Source: Polyangiales bacterium (GTDB taxonomy: Bacteria > Myxococcota_A > Polyangia > Polyangiales > Ga0077539). Taken from it: a stretch of 64,000 bases of DNA. Position 1 is the first letter of the stretch; each line of letters starts with the position of its first letter. Shown here one piece after another: positions 1-7,783 of this stretch. A program made the position numbers and the translations under genes. The DNA lies in NCBI GenBank assembly GCA_046351535.1, contig JAXLYG010000005.1, positions 229,334-293,333 on the forward strand, written 5' to 3'. Under the pieces are notes generated by a model. The model did no database searches, had not been told where the DNA came from, and saw nothing but the letters and a program-made list of their open reading frames with translations.

Positions 1-279
1 TCGTCGGGCCTCGGCGTGACCGCGCTCGGACCGCGCGCGCTGCCCTTCAGCGAGTTCTCGAACCCGGTGCTGCTCATCGACCTCGGGCTGAGCGGCCGCG
101 TGGGCCCCGTCGAGCTCGGCGTCTCGATGCGCAACCTCACCGACGCGCGCTGGGAAGACGGCGTCTTCAACTACGCCTCGAACTTCGATCCGTCGGTCAC
201 GGGCAGCCGCGTCCCCGCGCGCCACTTCTCCGCGGGCAGGCCCTTCACCGCACTCGCCTCGCTCACCCTGCACCTGTGA
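1..279 (+). CDS. C-terminal fragment of an outer-membrane beta-barrel protein (possibly TonB-dependent receptor-like); 5' end lies outside the window
   Basis: The frame is open from the window edge. The C-terminal stretch (…NLTDARWEDGVFNYASNFDPS…) resembles barrel strands of outer-membrane receptors. There are no catalytic motifs and the fragment is short. Confidence 0.3.
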   Translation, partial: SSGLGVTALGPRALPFSEFSNPVLLIDLGLSGRVGPVELGVSMRNLTDARWEDGVFNYASNFDPSVTGSRVPARHFSAGRPFTALASLTLHL

Positions 280-1058
280 TGGCTCCCATGAAGCGTCGCG
301 CTCGCATCGAAGTCACCGCCCTCTGCGGCCTCGCCGCGGCCCTCGTCGCCACCGCCCGCTGCGGCGACGCGGGCGACACGACGGGGCGCGTACGGGTGAC
401 GTTTCCTGTCACCGTGCGCGGCATCAACCCGACGTCGGACAACGCGACGGGGTGGCACGTCGTGGTCGAGGAGGCCCGCGTCGCGGTGGGCCCTCTGCGC
501 TGGTACGAGGGGCCGCCGATCTTCGCGCGGAGGCTCTTTCAATTCGGCGTCGCGTTCGCGCACCCGGGCCACTACGTGCCCGGCGAGGCCCTCGCGGACA
601 TCACCTCGCAGCGCGTGGTCGATCTCACCGCGGCGAGCCCGACGCCGCTCGAAGACGCCACGGGCGTGTCGGGCGACGCGCTCTCGGCGACCTTCGAACT
701 GCGCCCACCGGGGAGCGCGCTCGGCCCTTCGGCGGCGGGGCTCCACGGCCTCGCGCTCTGGACCCGCGGGACGGCCACGCGCGCGGGCGTCACCGTGCGC
801 TTCGAGGGCGGCGTCGCGGTCGACTACGCCGTGCGGGGAATCCCCGCGCGCGCGACCTTCGCGTCGGGCGGGAGCGCCGCCGTGGCCGTCGACCTCGCGC
901 AGTGGTTCGACCGCGCCGACTTCGCGACGCTCACCGCGGGCGCCGATGGGACCGCGCAGATCAGCGCCGGGAGCGAGGTCGCCAACGGGCTCTACCGCGG
1001 CGCCACGAGCGGCGCGGCGTACCTCTTCTCGTGGCGCGCCAGCGCGCCCGATCGCTGA
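276..1058 (+). CDS. hypothetical lipoprotein
   Basis: The N-terminus MMAPMKRRARIEVTALCGLAAALVA looks like a signal peptide with a Cys (lipobox-like). No recognisable enzymatic motif. The start overlaps the stop of the upstream fragment. Confidence 0.45.
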   Translation: MMAPMKRRARIEVTALCGLAAALVATARCGDAGDTTGRVRVTFPVTVRGINPTSDNATGWHVVVEEARVAVGPLRWYEGPPIFARRLFQFGVAFAHPGHYVPGEALADITSQRVVDLTAASPTPLEDATGVSGDALSATFELRPPGSALGPSAAGLHGLALWTRGTATRAGVTVRFEGGVAVDYAVRGIPARATFASGGSAAVAVDLAQWFDRADFATLTAGADGTAQISAGSEVANGLYRGATSGAAYLFSWRASAPDR

Positions 1059-1068
1059 GCGGAGAGCC

Positions 1069-1524
1069 CTAGAAAAACCGGTGCGCGAGGCGGATCGCGA
1101 AGGTGATGAGCCCCGCGGCGAGCGTCACCGAGAGCGTCGCCGTGGCGCCCGGGTGTGACAGCACGCGCGTCACGGGGAAGGCCCTCCGCGTCGCCCACGG
1201 CGCGGCGAGCGCGACCGCGACCGTGAGGAGAAAGAGCAGCGGCCCCATGAGGTGCGCCCCGAACGCGCGGAGCACGTGCCCGTGGGCCATGTTGGCGAAG
1301 CTCGTGGTGAGCCCGCAGCCCGGACACGGGACCCGCGTCATCGCTTCGAAGGTGCAGGGCGGGAGCCCGAGCTGCTGGTGCGATCCGAAGCCGCGGGGGT
1401 CGGGGCGCAGCCACGCGGAGACGATGAGCACCGCCCAGCTCCCGAGGCCCGCGATGAGCCAGAAGAGGCGCGTGAGCCACGGGGCGTCCTGGGGAGGCGC
1501 GGGGTATGCCGACTCCGTGGTCAT
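1069..1524 (-). CDS. DUF2752 family membrane protein
   Basis: Has the PCPGCGLT motif between hydrophobic segments that is characteristic of DUF2752, and multiple predicted TM helices. Confidence 0.6.
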   Translation of the reverse strand: MTTESAYPAPPQDAPWLTRLFWLIAGLGSWAVLIVSAWLRPDPRGFGSHQQLGLPPCTFEAMTRVPCPGCGLTTSFANMAHGHVLRAFGAHLMGPLLFLLTVAVALAAPWATRRAFPVTRVLSHPGATATLSVTLAAGLITFAIRLAHRFF

Positions 1525-1577
1525 CGGATGGCGGTTGTACCACCGCGGCGGGGGTGAGGGACGTTATCCTCCCGCGC

Positions 1578-2462
1578 GTGCGCGTCCTCCCTCTCGTGCT
1601 CTCGATCCTGGTGACCTCGCTCCCGATGGCGGCCTTCGCGCAAGACGCAGGCGTCGTCGACGCGCCGACCGTCAACCCGATGGGCGTGGTGATGGCCGCG
1701 CGCGGCGCCGCGACGCCGATCTTCAGCCACACGCGGCGGCACCGCAGGGCGCAGACCTTCGAAGAGACCCTCCGGATGCCCGTGGTGCGAGGCCGCTGCT
1801 ACGAGGTGCTCGGCTACGCGACGGGGGCCGCGCCCGTGTTCGCGCAGGTCGTCGCGGGCCACGCGCGCGTCGGCGACTCGCTCGCGATGACCAACTCCGT
1901 CGGGCGCGTCGCGCGGCAGCGCTTCTGCGCGACGGAGCCCGCGGAGCTCTACGGCATGGAGCTCCACGCCGAGGGAGACTCGTGGTGGTACCTCGCCGTG
2001 GTGCCCACGGACGCCGTCGCGGACGCGGGCGTGACGACACGCGCAGCGACCGCGCCCGTCGACGCGGGGAGCGTCTCGACGACGCCCGCGCGGCGCTATC
2101 CCGTGGGCGGCGGAGATGACTACGTCGCGCGGCAGATCCAGGGCTTCGCGCGGCAGCGGCCGGGGGTTGAAGGCGTGACCGAGACGGTGCGCGTGACGCT
2201 CCCCACCAACGGCGCGTACGAGGGCGCCGTGAGCATCCCGACGGGGCGCTGCGTTCACGTCGTCGCCGCGGGCGTTCCGAGCGTGGCGGACCTCGTCGTC
2301 GAGCTCGAAGACCCCGCGGGCCACCGCGTCGCGCAAGACGCCACGCGCCGCAACGTCGAGAGCGTGCGCCACTGCGCCTCGTACGCGGGCACGTTTCGCA
2401 TGCGCGTGCGCGTGTTCTCGGGGGCGGGGCTCGTGGGCGTGCAGGCGCTCCTCGAGCCGTAA
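1578..2462 (+). CDS. secreted hypothetical protein
   Basis: In-frame GTG followed by a signal-peptide-like stretch (RVLPLVLSILVTSLPMAAFAQD). Long ORF in a high-GC coding frame. No family motif recognised. The start codon is uncertain (ORF track opens at 1506). Confidence 0.4.
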   Translation: MRVLPLVLSILVTSLPMAAFAQDAGVVDAPTVNPMGVVMAARGAATPIFSHTRRHRRAQTFEETLRMPVVRGRCYEVLGYATGAAPVFAQVVAGHARVGDSLAMTNSVGRVARQRFCATEPAELYGMELHAEGDSWWYLAVVPTDAVADAGVTTRAATAPVDAGSVSTTPARRYPVGGGDDYVARQIQGFARQRPGVEGVTETVRVTLPTNGAYEGAVSIPTGRCVHVVAAGVPSVADLVVELEDPAGHRVAQDATRRNVESVRHCASYAGTFRMRVRVFSGAGLVGVQALLEP

Positions 2463-2476
2463 GAGACGCGCGGGTC

Positions 2477-3337
2477 TCAGTGCTTGCCGCGCTCGCCGTG
2501 GGTCTGCGCCGAGGCCTGTCGGCCGTGTGACGCGCGCGCGGGACGTCGCCGCGGGACCCTCCGCGCGCGCACGCCCTCGCGGCACTGGTTGTCTCCGTCG
2601 GGGCACTCGATGCGGACGTGAAAGTGGTTGTCGTGCGGCGAAACCCTGCGCGGTTGCAGGAGCGTGAGCGCCGCCTCGTTGATCACCGACGAGGCCACGC
2701 CGTGCTCCCGCGCGTACGCGAGGAGCCTCGCGCGCAGCGGCGCGGAGATGAAGATCCGCTCGACGCCCACCCTGCGCTCGGTGAGGAGCGCCTCGAGGAG
2801 GGCCCAGTTTCGCGCCGTGTCGAAGACGTAGCGCCCGTCGAGCGAGCGGCCGTTGGCGTCGAAGGAGACGTAATCATCGAGCTCGACGGAGGCGCCAGGG
2901 CCGCGCGCGGTCCAGAGGCGCGCGTAGAAGCCCACGTCGGCGTCGCGGCCGCTCTGGTGCGAGCGGTGATGCCCGATGGGGCCGCCGTGCTCGGCCGAGA
3001 GGTCGCCGACGGTGATCCGCACGCCGAAGCGTCGGCGCATCGAGGCGCCCACGCGCTCGAGCAGCGCGACGAGCTCTTCGGTGCCCCAGTGAAGGACGCG
3101 TCCGGGCATGAAGCGCACGCCGTCGCCCTCGGCGAGGTGACGCCCGTGGACGAGCGTCCCGCTGTTGGCCCACCCCAGCGACGCGCTCGGAGGGAGCCGC
3201 GGGCGAGACGGTCGCCGCTGCGTGGCCCTCCCGCGCGCCCGAGGGGCGTCGCCGTGCGTCTGCGCGTCGACGGAGGCGCCGAGCAGCAACGCCGCGAGCG
3301 CCGTGACCCAACCCAACGTCCGTGAAAAGCTCCGCAC
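2477..3337 (-). CDS. mepA: penicillin-insensitive murein endopeptidase (peptidase M74, MepA-like)
   Basis: Signal peptide, then the M74 metal-ligand motifs HWGTEEL, HRSHQSGRDADVGFY and HDNHFHVRIECP. Confidence 0.8.
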   Translation of the reverse strand: MRSFSRTLGWVTALAALLLGASVDAQTHGDAPRARGRATQRRPSRPRLPPSASLGWANSGTLVHGRHLAEGDGVRFMPGRVLHWGTEELVALLERVGASMRRRFGVRITVGDLSAEHGGPIGHHRSHQSGRDADVGFYARLWTARGPGASVELDDYVSFDANGRSLDGRYVFDTARNWALLEALLTERRVGVERIFISAPLRARLLAYAREHGVASSVINEAALTLLQPRRVSPHDNHFHVRIECPDGDNQCREGVRARRVPRRRPARASHGRQASAQTHGERGKH

Positions 3338-3407
3338 GGGGTAGACGCACTAGCAGAAGGGCTCAAACGCTCTCCAGTCTTCGACAACATACAAGACATT
3401 TGACAGG

Positions 3408-3424
3408 CTGCGCGAGCGTTCAGT
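3408..3424 (+). promoter_or_regulatory. candidate LexA (SOS) box 57 bp upstream of lexA
   Basis: CTGCGCGAGCGTTCAGT matches 14 of 17 positions of the myxobacterial LexA box CTRHAMRYBYGTTCAGS, including the conserved GTTCAG core. Confidence 0.3.
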
Positions 3425-3480
3425 AGCGTACCGATCTCCACGCGCCGGAGAGGCGTGTAGAAGGGACACCCGCGAGGCGT

Positions 3481-4188
3481 ATGCAACCACTCACCGAGCG
3501 TCAGGAAGCGATCCTCGAGTTCATCCGCCACTCGATCCGCGAGCGGGGCTACCCCCCCACGCTGCGCGAGATCGGCGCGCAGATGAACATCCGATCCACC
3601 AACGGCGTGAGCGATCACCTCCGCGCGCTCGAGCGCAAGGGCTACCTCCGCCGCGAGGACATGAAGTCTCGCGCGCTGCGCCCCACGACGCCCGACGCGC
3701 GCGTTCGCGTGGTCGACGGCGACGGCGAGGAGCCCGCGTACGACATCCACCTCGACAACGAGCCCGCGAACAACGTGATGAACATCCCCCTCGTCGGCCG
3801 CGTGGCCGCGGGGCCGCTCACCTTCGCGTCGCAGAACGTCGAGCAGCAGATCATGATGGACCCGTCGCTCCTCCGTGGCGCGTCGGGGGGCGAGACCTTC
3901 GCGCTGCGCGTCCGCGGCGACTCGATGATCGAGGCCGGCATCCACGAGGGCGACATCCTCTTCGTGCGCCGTCAGGAGGCCGCGAACCGCGCCGAGATCG
4001 TCGTGGCGCTCGTGGGCGACGAGGCCACGGTGAAGCGCTACTTCCCCGAGCGCGATCACATCCGTCTTCAGCCTGAGAACAAGCGCCTCGCGCCGATCTA
4101 CGTGCGCCGCACGGAGCTCAACGGCTTCCGCATCCTGGGTGTGGTGGTGGGCCTCTTCCGCTCGGTGACCTCGCTCAAGGCGACCTGA
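3481..4188 (+). CDS. lexA: LexA repressor (SOS regulator, S24 peptidase)
   Basis: N-terminal winged helix (ERQEAILEFIRHSIRERGYPPTLREIGAQMNIRSTNGVSDHLRALERKGYLRR). C-terminal S24 domain with the Ser (RGDSMIEAGI) and Lys (VKRYF) catalytic dyad and an Ala-Gly cleavage site (VAAGPL). Confidence 0.9.
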   Translation: MQPLTERQEAILEFIRHSIRERGYPPTLREIGAQMNIRSTNGVSDHLRALERKGYLRREDMKSRALRPTTPDARVRVVDGDGEEPAYDIHLDNEPANNVMNIPLVGRVAAGPLTFASQNVEQQIMMDPSLLRGASGGETFALRVRGDSMIEAGIHEGDILFVRRQEAANRAEIVVALVGDEATVKRYFPERDHIRLQPENKRLAPIYVRRTELNGFRILGVVVGLFRSVTSLKAT

Positions 4189-4856
4189 TGTTCGTGCCGC
4201 TGCTCGTCGGCTCCGCGCTCGCGGGGGCGGCCACGGTGGGCGGCCTCGTGCAGCACTACAAGCGACAGCTCGGCCCCATGACGCTCGCCGACGTGCGGGC
4301 CCTCACCACGCTCGAACCCACCCCCATCGCCCTCTGCCGCGAGGGCCTCGTGAAGATCGTCGGCACCCTCGGCTGCGACACGCCCGAGCGCAGCCTCTAC
4401 GGCGACGCGCTCGTGGCCGTTCGCGAGGTGCGCCACTACGCCACCGAGGGCCGCGGCGCCGCGGCGACGCGCGTGCTCTCTCGCGTCGACCGGTCGAGCG
4501 CGCCCTTCTGGATCGAAGACGACTCCGGTCGCATCAGCCTCGACCCCCTCGCCGCGCGCATCGACTACGAGCTCGACGAGAGCGAGCTCGAGCCCATGAT
4601 CGAAGAGCTTCGCCTGCGCGTGGGAGAGCGCGTCGTCGTGCTCGGAGACGCGCGCCGCGAGGTGACCGTCTCGCATCACCCCATGCGTCGCTCCGCCGTG
4701 CAGACCGAGCGGGGGCTGAACTTCGTCGCGCCGCCGCTGGTGACCTGGCGAACGGAGCCCGAGGTGTATCCGAAGCTGCTTCCGCCCGCGGGCTCGGCGG
4801 CGCTCTCGGCGAGCACCGTCGCGCTTGCCGTGCTCGGCGCGCTGCTGCGTCTGTAG
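4188..4856 (+). CDS. hypothetical membrane protein translationally coupled to lexA
   Basis: The ATG overlaps the lexA stop (ATGA at 4185-4188). N-terminal TM (MFVPLLVGSALAGAATVGGLV) and C-terminal TM (SAALSASTVALAVLGALLRL) flank a soluble middle domain. No known family recognised. Confidence 0.5.
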   Translation: MFVPLLVGSALAGAATVGGLVQHYKRQLGPMTLADVRALTTLEPTPIALCREGLVKIVGTLGCDTPERSLYGDALVAVREVRHYATEGRGAAATRVLSRVDRSSAPFWIEDDSGRISLDPLAARIDYELDESELEPMIEELRLRVGERVVVLGDARREVTVSHHPMRRSAVQTERGLNFVAPPLVTWRTEPEVYPKLLPPAGSAALSASTVALAVLGALLRL

Positions 4857-4919
4857 CGGGACTTCAGGGAGGGGGAGAGGGAGCGGCGGAGGCGGGCGGG
4901 AGATGTCCTGGGCGTCGCT

Positions 4920-7049
4920 TCAGGTGCCCGTGGCCGACACGTCGTCGTGCTCGGTCTCGTGCTCGTGCATCTCGCTGTCGTTGTCGTTCTCGACGCCGGG
5001 GTGACCGCCGCGACGCGCGTCGCAGAGGTTGATCTTGTAGTGCTTGGCGCGGAGGTAGAGCGTCGAGCGCGAGATGTCGAGCGCGGTGGCCGCGCGGCGC
5101 ATGTTGAAGCCCATCTGCACGAGGACGCGCTCGATGTGGGCGCGCTCGACGTCGGCGAGCGTGAGGGTCGTAGGCTCGAGGGCGCCGAGGAGCATCGCGG
5201 GGTTCTGCTGCGCGATCTGCACGGGCGTGGCGCGCTCGACGCGCGGCGGCTCGACGGGCGCGGGCTTCGCGGCGGCGCGCGGCGCGGGGGCAGGCGTGGA
5301 GATGGCGCGCGGCGCGGTGGCTTCGAGCGACTGACGCGCGCCGACGATGGCGTCGGCCGAGAGGGTGTCGCCGACGCCGAGCCACGCGCGCTCGAGCACG
5401 GTGCGCAGCTCGCGGAGGTTGCCGGGCCAGGTGTGCGCGGCGAGGAGCGACTCGGCCTCGGCGGGGAGCGCGGGCGCGTCGCGGCCGTACTCGCGGGCGA
5501 GGTCCGAGAGCACCGAGCGCGAGAGGTCGAGGAGCTCGGTCGGGCGGTCGCGGAGCGCGGGGAGCGAGACCACGAGCGCGGAGAGGCGCTGCAGGAGGTC
5601 GCTGGAGAAGCTCTTGCGGTAGGCCGCGCCGCGGAGGTCGTAGGGGCTCGTGGCGACGATCCGCACGTCGGGCGTCGTGGGCTTGACCGCGCCGACGCGG
5701 AGGAACGAGCGCGTCTCGAGGAGGTGCAGGAGCTTCGACTGCGAGCCCGCGTCGAGGGAGCCGATGTTGCGGAGCACCAGCGTGCCGCCCGCCGCCTGCT
5801 CGATGAGGCCGCGGCGCGCGCGGTCGGTGTGCGGCGCCGAGCCGGCTTCGAAGCCGAACATCACGCCGTCGAAGTCGCGCGGCGTGAGCGTCGCGCAGTC
5901 GCACTCGATGAAGGGCCCGCGGGCGCGCTCGCTCGACGCGTGGATCTCTCGCGCGACGAAGGCCTTGCCGGTGCCGCGCTCGCCCGTGATGAGCAGCGTG
6001 CAGCGCGACGAGGTCGCGAGCTCGACGACGGCCGCCGTGGCGCCGCGGTGCGCGTGCGGGCGTCGCGCGGCGTCTCCGTGCGAGGCGGTCTTCGCGGACA
6101 CCCACGCGCCGCCGACGAAGAGCGACGAGAGCGTCTCGATGAAGTGCGCGTCGGGGCGGTGGCCGTGCGCGCTGTAGAACACCACCACGCCGTCGGGGTG
6201 ACCGTCGCGGCCCACGGGCACGCCCACGGCCTCGAGGAGGCCCTCGGAGCGGTCGTTGAGCACGGTGCGGGCGACGGCGGCGTCTTCGCGGTCGAGCCCG
6301 TCGCTCCACTGCGGCGCGTGCGAGGCCCAGACGCGCGACGCGAGGCCCTGCGCGTTGGTGAGGGCGCCCCACCCGCGGCTGCCGTCGGGGCGCTGCGAGT
6401 ACACGGCCTCGCAGCGGAGGCTCTGCGAGGCGCGGTTCCACGACCAGCGCGCGGCGAGGCTCCAACCCATGAGCGTGCAGACCTCGTTGATCACGTCGCG
6501 GAGCATCTCGGGGCGGCCGTCGTCGCGGCTCATCGCGCGGGCCACGACGCGGGCCACGGCGCGCCTGCGGTCGGCCTGACGGACGTCGGTGATGTCGACC
6601 ATCTGGAGGAGGGCTCCCTGCGTGCCGGTGAGGGCGCAGGGCGTGAACGACACGGTGAACCACCCTTCGCCGCCGCGGGGGTGGCTCGCGGCTTCGAACT
6701 CCTGGAGCGACTTCGACCCGTGCAGCACCGCGCGGAGCGACTCTCGCGCGGACTCGACGGCGGCGTGATCGAAGCCCATCCCGCGACCGCAGGCGTGGGC
6801 GAAGCTGATCCCAACGGGCTCGCCGTGGTGCTCGGAGCGCTCGGCGAGGGCGCGCTTCCACGCGGCGTTGACCCAGCGCACGGTGCCCTTCGCGTCGATC
6901 ACCGCGGCGGGAGAAGGCAGCGCCTCGAGGGATGACCAGCGGGTCCGATCGGCCGTCGGGAGCGGGGCCTCGGCCTCGGAGGAGCGCTCGCCCGCGAGAC
7001 CCTCAAACTCCGCCGCGGACGCCGAACCCTCGTTGAAGATCATGGACAT
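4920..7049 (-). CDS. sigma-54-dependent transcriptional regulator family protein with N-terminal PAS and GAF domains and C-terminal Fis-type HTH; GAFTGA loop degenerate
   Basis: AAA+ sigma-54 activator core (LITGERGTGKAFVAREIH…, arginine-finger region, WPGNLRELRTVLERA) and C-terminal HTH (ISRSTLYLRAKHYKI). The start is taken at MSMIFNEGS (ATG at 7049, complement); the ORF is open up to 7145. Confidence 0.85.
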   Translation of the reverse strand: MSMIFNEGSASAAEFEGLAGERSSEAEAPLPTADRTRWSSLEALPSPAAVIDAKGTVRWVNAAWKRALAERSEHHGEPVGISFAHACGRGMGFDHAAVESARESLRAVLHGSKSLQEFEAASHPRGGEGWFTVSFTPCALTGTQGALLQMVDITDVRQADRRRAVARVVARAMSRDDGRPEMLRDVINEVCTLMGWSLAARWSWNRASQSLRCEAVYSQRPDGSRGWGALTNAQGLASRVWASHAPQWSDGLDREDAAVARTVLNDRSEGLLEAVGVPVGRDGHPDGVVVFYSAHGHRPDAHFIETLSSLFVGGAWVSAKTASHGDAARRPHAHRGATAAVVELATSSRCTLLITGERGTGKAFVAREIHASSERARGPFIECDCATLTPRDFDGVMFGFEAGSAPHTDRARRGLIEQAAGGTLVLRNIGSLDAGSQSKLLHLLETRSFLRVGAVKPTTPDVRIVATSPYDLRGAAYRKSFSSDLLQRLSALVVSLPALRDRPTELLDLSRSVLSDLAREYGRDAPALPAEAESLLAAHTWPGNLRELRTVLERAWLGVGDTLSADAIVGARQSLEATAPRAISTPAPAPRAAAKPAPVEPPRVERATPVQIAQQNPAMLLGALEPTTLTLADVERAHIERVLVQMGFNMRRAATALDISRSTLYLRAKHYKINLCDARRGGHPGVENDNDSEMHEHETEHDDVSATGT

Positions 7050-7323
7050 GACACATCCCTCCGCGCGCATCCGCACACGCGGATCGCAGCCTTGAAAACG
7101 CCCCGTCGAGGCATTCTGGCGGATCGACGAAACCGTTCCGTCCATCCGTGCGGAGGCTATGAGCGAGAGTCGTGCCGTCTCGATTTCCTACAGGTCGCCC
7201 GATGTCCGGACGGGGACATGTCCGTAGAAACGCCTCATCCGTAGGGGTTTTCCCGCGGTATCTCAGTCAGCATCTTGACGCCTGTCATGGAATTGACGAG
7301 CCGCTTTTTGACGCTTCGCTGGT

Positions 7324-7728
7324 TCAGTGACGCCCGAGGCCGATTCGCAAGACCACCGAGGCCCTGGGACCGACGGGGCCTCGCTGCGACCAGTCGAGCA
7401 GGGCATCGGCGAGACAGGCCGAGAGTCCGCGTGAGACGAGCGGCGGCGAGAGCGAGACCGTCGTGGCCGTGCCAGCGCGCGCGAGTCGGATGGTGGCCTC
7501 GATGACGCGCAGCCTCAGGAGCGGCGCGGGATCGCGGGCGTAGGCGTTCGACAGGCAGCGCTCGATGGCCGCGCGGTGCGACGCGACGGACTCCTGGGCG
7601 CCTCGCAGAGGGGCCCGCTCGACGCGAAGGAGCGAGACCTCCACGGGGGGCGTCGGGGGGTGAGGTTGCGCCATCGCCTCGCTCGCGAGCGTGAGGAACG
7701 CCGCGGTGGCTGCGCGCCGGGGGCTCAT
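7324..7728 (-). CDS. small secreted hypothetical protein
   Basis: Signal-peptide-like N-terminus (MSPRRAATAAFLTLASEAMAQ). Divergent from selB. No family motifs, so the call is weak. Confidence 0.3.
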   Translation of the reverse strand: MSPRRAATAAFLTLASEAMAQPHPPTPPVEVSLLRVERAPLRGAQESVASHRAAIERCLSNAYARDPAPLLRLRVIEATIRLARAGTATTVSLSPPLVSRGLSACLADALLDWSQRGPVGPRASVVLRIGLGRH

Positions 7729-7783
7729 CGCGCGCGAAGATACCCGACACCGGGAGGGCGAGGCGGCGGTATCGTCGCGCCCG

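Noticed and set aside
420-440. TGGCACGTCGTGGTCG resembling a sigma-54 -24 element
   Set aside because: Located inside a coding region and lacks the -12 TTGC element.
4864-6935. 665-aa and 662-aa ORFs (4864..6861 minus, 4947..6935 plus) overlapping the sigma-54 regulator
   Set aside because: Out-of-frame or antisense Arg/Pro-rich translations. Only the 4920..7049 frame carries PAS/GAF/AAA+/HTH signatures.
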